DNA of 64,000 nucleotides from a virus. The stretch is taken from positions 12,616 to 76,615 of IMG/VR virus record IMGVR_UViG_3300047368_000324; one strand, 5' to 3'. How positions within the stretch are numbered: position 1 is the stretch's first letter; every line of letters begins with the position of its first letter. Positions 8,861-16,695 of this stretch are shown here, one piece after another. The notes under the pieces were generated by a model. That model saw nothing but the letters and a program-made list of their open reading frames with translations, had not been told where the DNA came from and did not search any database. A program made the position numbers and the translations under genes.

Positions 8861-9601
8861 ATGATTAAAACAACACTTCTCACATCAGGTAATCAAAAAA
8901 TTCTCAAAGGAGAAAAAATGGGTTACATCACAAAAGGTATTCATCTTGCTCCAGCAAATCTTGCGGGCTACGAAGTTTGCCAATGGCGTTCAAAAGGATG
9001 CACCGCTTCTTGTCTCAACACAGCAGGTCGTGGGCAAATGAATTCTGTTCAGCAATCACGAGTTGCCAAGACAAAACTATTCTTCGAAGAGAAAAAAGAT
9101 TTTATGTACAAGTTGTGCAAAGAAATTGCGTCAACTATCAAATCCGCAAGCAAGAAAGAAATGAAAGCAGTTTTCCGCCTCAATCTCACAAGTGACATCG
9201 CATGGGAAGGTGTTTACATGAAAGATCCAAACTATAACATTTTTGAATACTTCTGTGGCGAGCAATTTTATGATTATACAAAGTCATTCAAGAGAATGTG
9301 TGCTTTTCTTGGTAAGCCATTCGCCAAAGACGAGGTAAAATTTCCTTCCAATTATCATTTGACTTTTTCTCGCTCGGAGAACAATGATAAGAAATGCGAA
9401 ATGGTTCTTGCTATGGGTGGCAATGTTGCCGTGGTGTTTCGCAATCAACTTCCCAAAACTTGGAAAGGTTACGAAGTCGTCAATGGCGATGATACTGACT
9501 TGCGTTTTCTTGACAAGCGAGGTGTCGTTGTTGGTCTTATCGAAAAAGGTATGGCAAAGAAAGATGCAACGGGATTTGTCCAAGAAGGTATTGACTCTTG
9601 A
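8861..9601 (+). CDS. GP88-like Cys-containing protein
   Basis: VC....GC...CLNTAGRG, FRLNLTSDIAW, FYDYTK, YHLTFS and GDDTDLRFLD motifs. Confidence 0.7.
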   Translation: MIKTTLLTSGNQKILKGEKMGYITKGIHLAPANLAGYEVCQWRSKGCTASCLNTAGRGQMNSVQQSRVAKTKLFFEEKKDFMYKLCKEIASTIKSASKKEMKAVFRLNLTSDIAWEGVYMKDPNYNIFEYFCGEQFYDYTKSFKRMCAFLGKPFAKDEVKFPSNYHLTFSRSENNDKKCEMVLAMGGNVAVVFRNQLPKTWKGYEVVNGDDTDLRFLDKRGVVVGLIEKGMAKKDATGFVQEGIDS

Positions 9602-9624
9602 TTCTAAACTGATATAATTATATT

Positions 9625-9834
9625 ATGAAAAAAACAAAATTCATCTTAACATTATCAAGCGACAAAATTCCACTCATAGCCGAAGTATGTGCTTTAAGAG
9701 TATTAGAGAATGATGAAAAAGTATTAGGCAAAGCTTGCGTAGAAGCTAATGTAAAGTCAAAAAACTTTATAGATATAACACGAAAAGCTAATTATAGAGA
9801 AGGAAAGTTATATGCTTACGCGGAGTATATTTAG
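9625..9834 (+). CDS. hypothetical protein
   Basis: TTGACT...TATAAT promoter, leaderless. Confidence 0.6.
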   Translation: MKKTKFILTLSSDKIPLIAEVCALRVLENDEKVLGKACVEANVKSKNFIDITRKANYREGKLYAYAEYI

Positions 9835-9908
9835 AATTGATAATTTGCTAAATAGAAAAACGAAATAGGTAAATAGTAAATAGTATATTTTTATCAATGA
9901 AAATTCCA

Positions 9909-9988
9909 TAACATTTTTATTATCAACGACTTACGTAAGTGGTCGCCTAGGTTGAGTTTTGCGTAAGTCTCTAAGTATCAAAGATTTA
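9909..9988. repeat. 80-bp palindromic element, copy 4 (at the strand switch)
   Basis: TAACAT-N13-GACTTA-N13-CTAG-N13-TAAGTC-N13-GATTTA. Confidence 0.9.
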
Positions 9989-10113
9989 AGGAGGGGCTTT
10001 CTGCGACGCAGTCCACCCCTCCCAACCCGATGATTAAGATAAAGTAGGATAGATCAACTCTTTAAAAACACAAGCGATACCGAATCCAGCCAAAAGAATA
10101 ACTAATTCCATAT

Positions 10114-10260
10114 TTAGTTATTTATAATTTGCATAGCTTCGGCATCCCAAATGTCTATAATCCTGCTAAGGATCCATGCTTGGCGTTTTTCTGTGCGAGC
10201 TTTTTTCATTGTCTCGGTAATGCGTTGAAGTCTTGGTTGTGGTTTATTTAATTCTGACAT
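10114..10260 (-). CDS. small hypothetical protein (48 aa, not in track)
   Basis: MSELNKPQPRLQRITETMKK..., promoter upstream. Confidence 0.55.
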   Translation of the reverse strand: MSELNKPQPRLQRITETMKKARTEKRQAWILSRIIDIWDAEAMQIINN

Positions 10261-10291
10261 GATACAACTATAAGGGTTTTAATTTTAAAAG

Positions 10292-10477
10292 TCAAGCGAA
10301 AAGAGGATGCAATTTTACATCTTCGAAACGAATCCCAACCTTGCGGTCGGTGCGATACGGGCGAACCATAGCGATGGTGCCAAGCTCTTCGTGCTCGGTA
10401 GCTTGGATAAATTGAAAGATTTTATTATCTCGAGAGATAAGCACATCACCTTTTTTAAATTTATTTTTATCTGACAT
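10292..10477 (-). CDS. hypothetical protein
   Basis: FKKGD N-terminal motif. Confidence 0.65.
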   Translation of the reverse strand: MSDKNKFKKGDVLISRDNKIFQFIQATEHEELGTIAMVRPYRTDRKVGIRFEDVKLHPLFA

Positions 10478-10485
10478 ATTATTTT

Positions 10486-10668
10486 TTAGTGTTGGGTTAC
10501 TACATTAAAACGAGGAGAGTTTAGATTCTCTTCTCTTTCGATTGTTCTAAGGTATGAAAGACTTGACGCAGTCCGAACCCGTGGGTATTCAGTTCCTGTG
10601 TCGAAGATCTTAACAGACCAATGCGTTGACCATTTTTTGATTCTAACTTGTATTTTATCTTTAATCAT
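10486..10668 (-). CDS. hypothetical protein
   Basis: leaderless after TTGCAA promoter. Confidence 0.65.
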   Translation of the reverse strand: MIKDKIQVRIKKWSTHWSVKIFDTGTEYPRVRTASSLSYLRTIEREENLNSPRFNVVTQH

Positions 10669-10715
10669 ATAACTACTATCGCATATAAATTCAGAAATTG
10701 CAAGAAAAAAGTGAA

Positions 10716-10795
10716 AAAAGATTCTTTTATTTTATTGCACTATTCTGTTCTGACTAGTCGGCAGATGCCGTAAGTCTTTGGCTATGTGCTACTTA
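10716..10795. repeat. 80-bp element, copy 5 (left half degenerate)
   Basis: CTAG(10754)-N13-TAAGTC-N13-TACTTA. Confidence 0.7.
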
Positions 10796-11101
10796 GAACA
10801 CAAGAGCCTCGACATTTTGATTTGATACGGCAAACCAATCGGATGGATTAATGATATGACCATTTAGTACAGGCTCAAAGTTGACCTGACTTACTCCGGC
10901 ATTGACTATTCCATTTACCCGCTCGCGAGTTGTTGGAGTGTTCCAGCCAGCCAGCGACCATATCACAAACCCGCTTGCGTCACGCTTGATTATAGCGTTC
11001 CCATGCAACCAAACGGTGTTACCGTCCGTGCGAGTGTTGCCAACTGTCAAAGGTTGGCGAGATTCAAAAGCTTGTTTAATTTGTTGTGTTACTTGTCTCA
11101 T
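10793..11101 (-). CDS. conserved phage hypothetical protein
   Basis: LHGNAI and LAGWNTPTTRERVNG motifs; stop codon lies in element 5. Confidence 0.75.
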   Translation of the reverse strand: MRQVTQQIKQAFESRQPLTVGNTRTDGNTVWLHGNAIIKRDASGFVIWSLAGWNTPTTRERVNGIVNAGVSQVNFEPVLNGHIINPSDWFAVSNQNVEALVF

Positions 11102-11110
11102 TATTTTATA

Positions 11111-11296
11111 TTAAGCATTATCATTTGGTTTTGCAAGCATAAACTTCATAAAAGTTTCTTGAGCTTTTAGATTGTCTTGGATCTCATCAAGCTCAATCTG
11201 TGCGTTAATTACCATCTGCTGACTTTGGATGTGCCCCGCTTCTGCATTTGGTGTGAGTACTCGAATAAGTTCTTTAAGCTCTTTTATTTTATCCAT
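11111..11296 (-). CDS. hypothetical protein
   Basis: ORF in operon. Confidence 0.6.
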   Translation of the reverse strand: MDKIKELKELIRVLTPNAEAGHIQSQQMVINAQIELDEIQDNLKAQETFMKFMLAKPNDNA

Positions 11297-11447
11297 GGTT
11301 TGAGAGTATTGGAGTTTGTGTTTTGATTTGTAATTGCTTTGCCTTTTTCATGGCTTTAGCGTGAGTCTTTGCGTTATCTACGAGTTTTCCAAAGAGGCGA
11401 ATATCGAACCAGTTTGAAAAGTTTGGGTTTTTATCAACATTAATCAT
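11289..11447 (-). CDS. small protein, paralog A (52 aa, not in track)
   Basis: MINVDKNPNFSNWFDIRLFGKLVDNAKTHAKAM...; own promoter. Confidence 0.75.
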   Translation of the reverse strand: MINVDKNPNFSNWFDIRLFGKLVDNAKTHAKAMKKAKQLQIKTQTPILSNHG

Positions 11448-11478
11448 AAGTCTTATTATGCAGTTTTGAGTTTAAATG

Positions 11479-11679
11479 TCAAGCGTTTCTTTCAACTGAC
11501 TTCCAACCATAAGCTAAAACTTTGTCATTATAGCGAGCTTGTGAAAGCATAGCCTTAAGGTCAGAAATTTTTGCATTGATCCAATCAATTTCGCTTTGAT
11601 CCATTTTACCTTGCCACATTGCAAGTTGGTTTTTTTCTATTGCGATTTCGTTTTTTATTTGTTCTGTTGTCTTAATCAT
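11479..11679 (-). CDS. hypothetical coiled-coil protein
   Basis: own promoter, leaderless. Confidence 0.65.
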   Translation of the reverse strand: MIKTTEQIKNEIAIEKNQLAMWQGKMDQSEIDWINAKISDLKAMLSQARYNDKVLAYGWKSVERNA

Positions 11680-11871
11680 ATTTACAATCTATTCTATTTT
11701 TTAGTAAAAGTCAAGTTTTATTTTACTTTTTTTTAGCTATTACAAAAGCTAAAAGAATTTTTTCTCTTTCGGTGAGTTGTGTTTTATTAATCTTTATCAT
11801 ATAAACAACATAGCAAGAAAATCGCTAAAAGTCAAGAACTTTTTTAATTTTTTAAAACTTTTTTTCTATTG

Positions 11872-11952
11872 TAAGTCTTTGATCTTTAGAGACTTCCGGC
11901 ACAGCCGGCCTAGGCCCGTAGGCCCGTAAGTCCTTGATTACCAAGGCGTTTC
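11872..11952. repeat. 80-bp palindromic element, copy 6
   Basis: TAAGTC-N13-GACTTC-N13-CTAG-N13-TAAGTC-N14-CGTTTC. Confidence 0.9.
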
Positions 11953-12024
11953 GTCTTCTTTCATGTCTTGCCACATGAGGTAGAATACTACAAGCCAAGG
12001 AGAGAATAGGATAATTTCGATCAT
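11938..12024 (-). CDS. putative 28-aa single-TM peptide
   Basis: MIEIILFSPWLVVFYLMWQDMKEDETPW; starts just after the upstream stop. Confidence 0.45.
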   Translation of the reverse strand: MIEIILFSPWLVVFYLMWQDMKEDETPW

Positions 12025-12028
12025 AATG

Positions 12029-12247
12029 TTATTTTTTGCGTTGTTCGTGCAGTACGGTTTGAAACTTTTTGCGAGCTTCTTGTACTGCGTGGAGAGCGTC
12101 GAGGATTGCCATGCCCTGAGTAATGCTCAAGGTTTGATCTCCTTCAGTGTTGCTCGTTTGAGCGAGGAAATTGAGATTTCCTTCAGCTTTAGAAAGTGCG
12201 AGTCCCAAGTCAAGTTCGGGAAAGTCCATTTTTTTTGATTCGTTCAT
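12029..12247 (-). CDS. hypothetical protein
   Basis: probable start MNESKK at 12247, directly after paralog B. Confidence 0.6.
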   Translation of the reverse strand: MNESKKMDFPELDLGLALSKAEGNLNFLAQTSNTEGDQTLSITQGMAILDALHAVQEARKKFQTVLHEQRKK

Positions 12248-12248
12248 A

Positions 12249-12425
12249 TTAGAGAGATATTCTTGCACCTGTTCTGATTGGCTCGCGAAGATCTTGAGCT
12301 TGAGATTCAAGTTTGCTTGCGATTCTCATTGCCTGTGCGTGAGATTTTGCGTTATCAACAAGCCTTCCGTCAAAAAGGATGTTGAACCATTTAGTGAAGT
12401 TTGGGTTTTGTATTATCTTTATCAT
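12249..12425 (-). CDS. small protein, paralog B (58 aa, not in track)
   Basis: MIKIIQNPNFTKWFNILFDGRLVDNAKSHAQAM... Confidence 0.75.
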   Translation of the reverse strand: MIKIIQNPNFTKWFNILFDGRLVDNAKSHAQAMRIASKLESQAQDLREPIRTGARISL

Positions 12426-12472
12426 GTAACTAATCTATAAAAGTTTTTGGTAAAAGTCAAGTTTTATTTTAA

Positions 12473-12721
12473 TTATTTTTCAAAAATTCTATTAATGTAG
12501 TAGCTGTAATCCTCGCCAAAGCTGAGGTGAGATTGTAACTCACGCACACGCTTGGCAACTTGTCGCCGTACTTCATGCTTATCTTTCGCTTGGTATGTTA
12601 ACACATGATTGGTGCTTTCCATCATTACTTGGGAATTTGTGTTTGTATTAAAGAAGGGGAGCTTGCCACCTCCAATTGAACTGACATGGATATTTGCGGT
12701 GAATGTTTTATTTTTAATCAT
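12473..12721 (-). CDS. hypothetical protein
   Basis: own promoter. Confidence 0.65.
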   Translation of the reverse strand: MIKNKTFTANIHVSSIGGGKLPFFNTNTNSQVMMESTNHVLTYQAKDKHEVRRQVAKRVRELQSHLSFGEDYSYYINRIFEK

Positions 12722-12762
12722 AAGTTTATTATAGATTTATATTTTAAGAAGTCAAGACCTAT

Positions 12763-12948
12763 TTACTCGTATTGTGAGTGGAAGCCCCAATCAATGTCAG
12801 GCTGCTCGTCGAACTCTCTCAAGGATAGCTCGTCCTGTAGCTGCCCAAGCTCATTGCGTATTACAACGCGTTGAGAGTCGCTAAGTATGCACTCAGCAAG
12901 AGCGGTTTGTAGTGTTAGTATTTCTCTCTCTATTTCTTTTGTTGTCAT
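12763..12948 (-). CDS. hypothetical protein
   Basis: own promoter. Confidence 0.6.
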   Translation of the reverse strand: MTTKEIEREILTLQTALAECILSDSQRVVIRNELGQLQDELSLREFDEQPDIDWGFHSQYE

Positions 12949-13022
12949 ATATACAATGTAACATATTATAGCTAAAACACAAGCCTAAAATGCAACTATT
13001 TTATTACATTATTATGTTATTG

Positions 13023-13102
13023 TAAGTCATTGTTTATTATAGACTTAGGGCACGAGCGGCCTAGGCCTGCCGGCCCGTAAGTCTTTGATTATTAAGCGTT
13101 TA
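13023..13102. repeat. 80-bp palindromic element, copy 7
   Basis: TAAGTC-N13-GACTTA-N13-CTAG-N13-TAAGTC-N13-CGTTTA. Confidence 0.92.
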
Positions 13103-13324
13103 GAACTCGTCCATCAAAAGCTCGTCCAAGGCGTATGTATCAAGCTCGGGGTCTTGGTAGTTCGCACCATCAGGGGTATGAAGCGTGCCTGATTCTACTA
13201 GGAAATTGGCTAGATCTTTGTAGTGCACAAAACGCCTAGCTAGCTTGTATAAGCTCTCATCGTTGCCTAACCATAGGGCCACATTCCATGTTTCCCAATT
13301 CGCCCAACCGTTGTAACCTTCCAT
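13100..13324 (-). CDS. conserved phage hypothetical protein
   Basis: YNGWANWETWNVALWL...TPDG motif; stop codon lies in element 7. Confidence 0.75.
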   Translation of the reverse strand: MEGYNGWANWETWNVALWLGNDESLYKLARRFVHYKDLANFLVESGTLHTPDGANYQDPELDTYALDELLMDEF

Positions 13325-13501
13325 TATTTGACCTTGGTTAAACGGTAACGGCGACGCTTGGACCCTATGTTCCGGGCTTGGCGTGCACGGAGCAAAGCTT
13401 CGGCCTGCTTTTTGTATAGAGGCATGGACTCAATTGTCCAGCCTGTTTTATCTGAGAACGGTATTGATTCTAGTATGAACATATATTCCTTTGATTAGAG
13501 A

Positions 13502-13798
13502 TTAAACTTCGAAGATTTCACGCATTGTACCGCTGACGCAATCCATATCTACAAGACTTTCGTCATTGTCAAAATCTTCGTCCTCTTCAGCCTCGACAGA
13601 ATCAAGAGAAGTAAATTCATCCTCAATGTCACGCTCGGATGCGTGTTGGATGCCATGCTCAAGAGTAAACTCTTCATTGGCGATTTCTTCCTCGATGTCC
13701 GAGAGCAGTTCAGCGAAGCGACCTGTAACTTTGTTGTTGTTTGCGTTAGCAAGTTCAACGGCTTTGGCGATTAGAGCGATATTATTTTCGTTATTCAT
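13502..13798 (-). CDS. highly acidic protein (possible DNA mimic)
   Basis: roughly 30% D/E, own promoter. Confidence 0.65.
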   Translation of the reverse strand: MNNENNIALIAKAVELANANNNKVTGRFAELLSDIEEEIANEEFTLEHGIQHASERDIEDEFTSLDSVEAEEDEDFDNDESLVDMDCVSGTMREIFEV

Positions 13799-14182
13799 AG
13801 TTTGTATATTATAGTATTATAGAGTGATTGCAAGAAAAAAGTTTGATTATGCGAAAGTTTTTTTATGCTTTGCTTTGCGTGGAAGTACTTTGTTTCTAAG
13901 CTTGTGAGGTCTTGCCTTTGTGAAGACTATTGGCATTCGTACTTTTATCTTATTCATATAAACAATCTAACACATTGTACCGAAAACACAAGAAAAAAAT
14001 TCAACTATTTTACTGCACGATCCCCTCCCCCCCTATCAGAAACCCTACCCCTTTTGTGAAATGAAAGGAATCTATAAAATTCGATTCGACCGGGGGGGTG
14101 GTATTTTTCAATATCTGAATGAATCTGACTTTAATTAACAAATGGGCCGACCAAAAAAAATCCACGGGGTGTATTTTTAGGT

Positions 14183-14392
14183 ATGGCTGATGAACAAGAA
14201 ACCTATTGGTTAAAGAGTATGCAATTCCAGATCCAACAGAAGGACCGAGAAATTGCTGATTTGCTAGTTATTATAGACACGCTTCAGACTAATCTCCGAA
14301 GCGCTTCTACATACATCCCTGAGGAAAAAATCCAAGAAGTTAAAACCCAGAGTTATCTTTGGAGTTTAAATTGGCGACCTGGGGATCAATAA
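14183..14392 (+). CDS. hypothetical protein
   Basis: GTGTA motif 9 nt upstream. Confidence 0.6.
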   Translation: MADEQETYWLKSMQFQIQQKDREIADLLVIIDTLQTNLRSASTYIPEEKIQEVKTQSYLWSLNWRPGDQ

Positions 14393-14494
14393 GTCGTAGC
14401 GCCCAAATGTCACAATGTGACCGCGCAAAAGGTCGTCGAGAGGCATTTTGTCACTTCGGCGGCCTTTTCTGGCTTATTTTGGGGGCTAAAAAAT

Positions 14495-14510
14495 TGGCAT
14501 GGCACCTGCA
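14495..14510 (+). promoter_or_regulatory. sigma54 (-24/-12) promoter of hsp20
   Basis: TGGCATGGCACCTGCA fits GG-N10-GC. Confidence 0.6.
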
Positions 14511-14523
14511 AATATAAAGGCAT

Positions 14524-14910
14524 ATGAAATATTCACTAATTAACCAACTGTTTGAGCAGGCCAACCTGCTTAGTGCGATGGACGACACCGTTTGCAACGT
14601 TATCGATTCCAGTTTAGATTCTTATAAGTACAGGACAACCTTAGATGAGCAAGAAAACAACTATGTTATCCATGCTCAAGTCCCAGGACTTAGTAAAGAA
14701 GATATAAATATCACTTTAGATGATAATATATTAAAGATTCGCGGCGAAAAAGCTATAAATGACCATATGACATGTTCAATTAATAAAGAACTTTCGCTTG
14801 GAAGAGACGTTAATCCATCTAAAATTACTGCAAAAGTAGAAAATGGAATATTAGAAGTTAGTATACCTAAATTAGAGAAATGTAAAACTAAGCAAATTAA
14901 AATTAATTAA
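14524..14910 (+). CDS. hsp20: small heat shock protein Hsp20
   Basis: VPGLSKEDINI...I.A...NGILEVSIPK alpha-crystallin motifs. Confidence 0.9.
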   Translation: MKYSLINQLFEQANLLSAMDDTVCNVIDSSLDSYKYRTTLDEQENNYVIHAQVPGLSKEDINITLDDNILKIRGEKAINDHMTCSINKELSLGRDVNPSKITAKVENGILEVSIPKLEKCKTKQIKIN

Positions 14911-15748
14911 TATCTTTTAATTTTTTTTCAAAAGCCCTTCCCCATGGATAACCTAGCTCTCTATGAAGCATTCGGGTTCTAATTTCCCAGAATTCTTGGC
15001 TGGTCGCCGTTGGATTGATACCGGCTGAATCGTGCTCTAAACTTCGGCGGTCACCCTCCTCATTATCTTGGGGTCTATAAACATAGACAGGTATTCCATT
15101 TTTATTAGATCTTAAGCAGAAAGCAATATCATCTCCAATCAATCTTATGTCATCTGTTATGTCTTCTGCAAATAAATATTTTAATGAAGATTTATTAAAT
15201 GCCATGCCTCCGCATAGATAATCTGCTTTTTTCAGCATGGGCTTATCTGGATCTCTATGATTCTTCAGAGTATAGAATGTTCCAGACATATCTGTGATGC
15301 CTGTAAATGCCACGGCTGTATTTTTATCATAATTTTTACATTGATTATTATATTTATACGTTGCGCTTCTATCTAAATCCCATCCGTAGTTCTGAACCAG
15401 GCAGTCATCGTGGTGCAAGATGCTTACCATTGCCCTACAATAGTCGGGCATCGGGAAACGATCATCATCTAGTGTTATTATTTTTTCTGTAGGAGCAGCT
15501 AATGCGACTTGATATCTTCCAATGTGTTTAAAATTAAAGTCAGAATACACAGTATGAACATTATCCATACCTTTTGTTCTATTTAGCCATGTTTCTATGA
15601 AATTAGTTTTTTCTTTTGGCAATCCTAAAAAACAGCCAATTATGCACTTTGGCGGCAAGCTCTGACTAAAAACCCTATCTAGTTGCTTATTAAGTAGCTC
15701 TTCTGTTTTATTATAATAATTAAGTATAAGAGTATAATCAGTATTCAT
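14903..15748 (-). CDS. GT-A fold (GT2-like) glycosyltransferase
   Basis: LDDD (DxD) motif and GDDIAF. Confidence 0.7.
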   Translation of the reverse strand: MNTDYTLILNYYNKTEELLNKQLDRVFSQSLPPKCIIGCFLGLPKEKTNFIETWLNRTKGMDNVHTVYSDFNFKHIGRYQVALAAPTEKIITLDDDRFPMPDYCRAMVSILHHDDCLVQNYGWDLDRSATYKYNNQCKNYDKNTAVAFTGITDMSGTFYTLKNHRDPDKPMLKKADYLCGGMAFNKSSLKYLFAEDITDDIRLIGDDIAFCLRSNKNGIPVYVYRPQDNEEGDRRSLEHDSAGINPTATSQEFWEIRTRMLHRELGYPWGRAFEKKLKDIN

Positions 15749-15762
15749 GCATAATTTTATGT

Positions 15763-16518
15763 TTATTTTTTAACAAATCCAAATATGCCTAATCCATCTT
15801 GTTCTACAGGATCATAAAACCAACTTTCGTGGCTATCTTTTAATATTGAATTTAATTTATTGAATAATACTGATTGAGTTGGTGCATCTGGGCCGTAATC
15901 CTCGAATCCGTGCCACTCTCCCATAATAGCTCCTGTTTCTTTAAGTATGTCTAGGTCTTCGCAGTCATCTCTCAGGAAACCATTTTCTCCGCCCTCACAA
16001 TCTAATTTTAATAAATCTATACTCTCTATATCATATTCATGCATTAATGATCTTAAAGTATAATGCTTAACATCAAAATCTTCATGTAATTTATATACTT
16101 GTTCTTCTGCTTGATCAACACTTTCTTTATTAGGTATTAATTCATTAGTAAGAAAACCTCCACCAGTTGCTTCTTTAACACTTCTATAAAAATATACTTT
16201 ATCAGGATAATAATTAAGAACACCTCTAATAAGAGTATTGTTATGTTCTTCTAAATTTAATTTACACATTTGATAATTGTCTACGTCAGGCTCTACAGTA
16301 TACGTCTCGCAATCGGGAAATAGGGAATGGCAACGTTTGGAAAAGCTACCTATGTGTCCTCCAATATCAACTACAACTTTCGGTGCACAGTTGATAAACT
16401 GATTAATGGGGTAATTTTCTTCACTAAACACCTCTCCCAAAACATTCTTATCTTCTTCTTGAAAGTGCTCTCTTATTTTAAATGGAATATTGTTATGTAA
16501 TATGTCGATTGTTTGCAT
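15763..16518 (-). CDS. FkbM-family methyltransferase
   Basis: VVDIGGHIGSF, VEP and IDLLKLDCEGGE. Confidence 0.9.
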   Translation of the reverse strand: MQTIDILHNNIPFKIREHFQEEDKNVLGEVFSEENYPINQFINCAPKVVVDIGGHIGSFSKRCHSLFPDCETYTVEPDVDNYQMCKLNLEEHNNTLIRGVLNYYPDKVYFYRSVKEATGGGFLTNELIPNKESVDQAEEQVYKLHEDFDVKHYTLRSLMHEYDIESIDLLKLDCEGGENGFLRDDCEDLDILKETGAIMGEWHGFEDYGPDAPTQSVLFNKLNSILKDSHESWFYDPVEQDGLGIFGFVKK

Positions 16519-16695
16519 AACATATTATATAGTTTGATTTAAAAAAGATACATAATATATTTTGTATTTTGTATTTCATGCCAATCAGGCGATTTCGGCG
16601 AAAGCCGAAAATAAATTTTATTGATTTAATTTAATTTAATATATTGTTTATGGAATCGCCTCGGCAGTCTTGGCATACAGTTAAATTATAAACTA

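Noticed and set aside
5028-13102. 80-bp elements as a CRISPR array
   Set aside because: The copies are degenerate and separated by 0.7-1.6 kb of genes; there is no cas operon.
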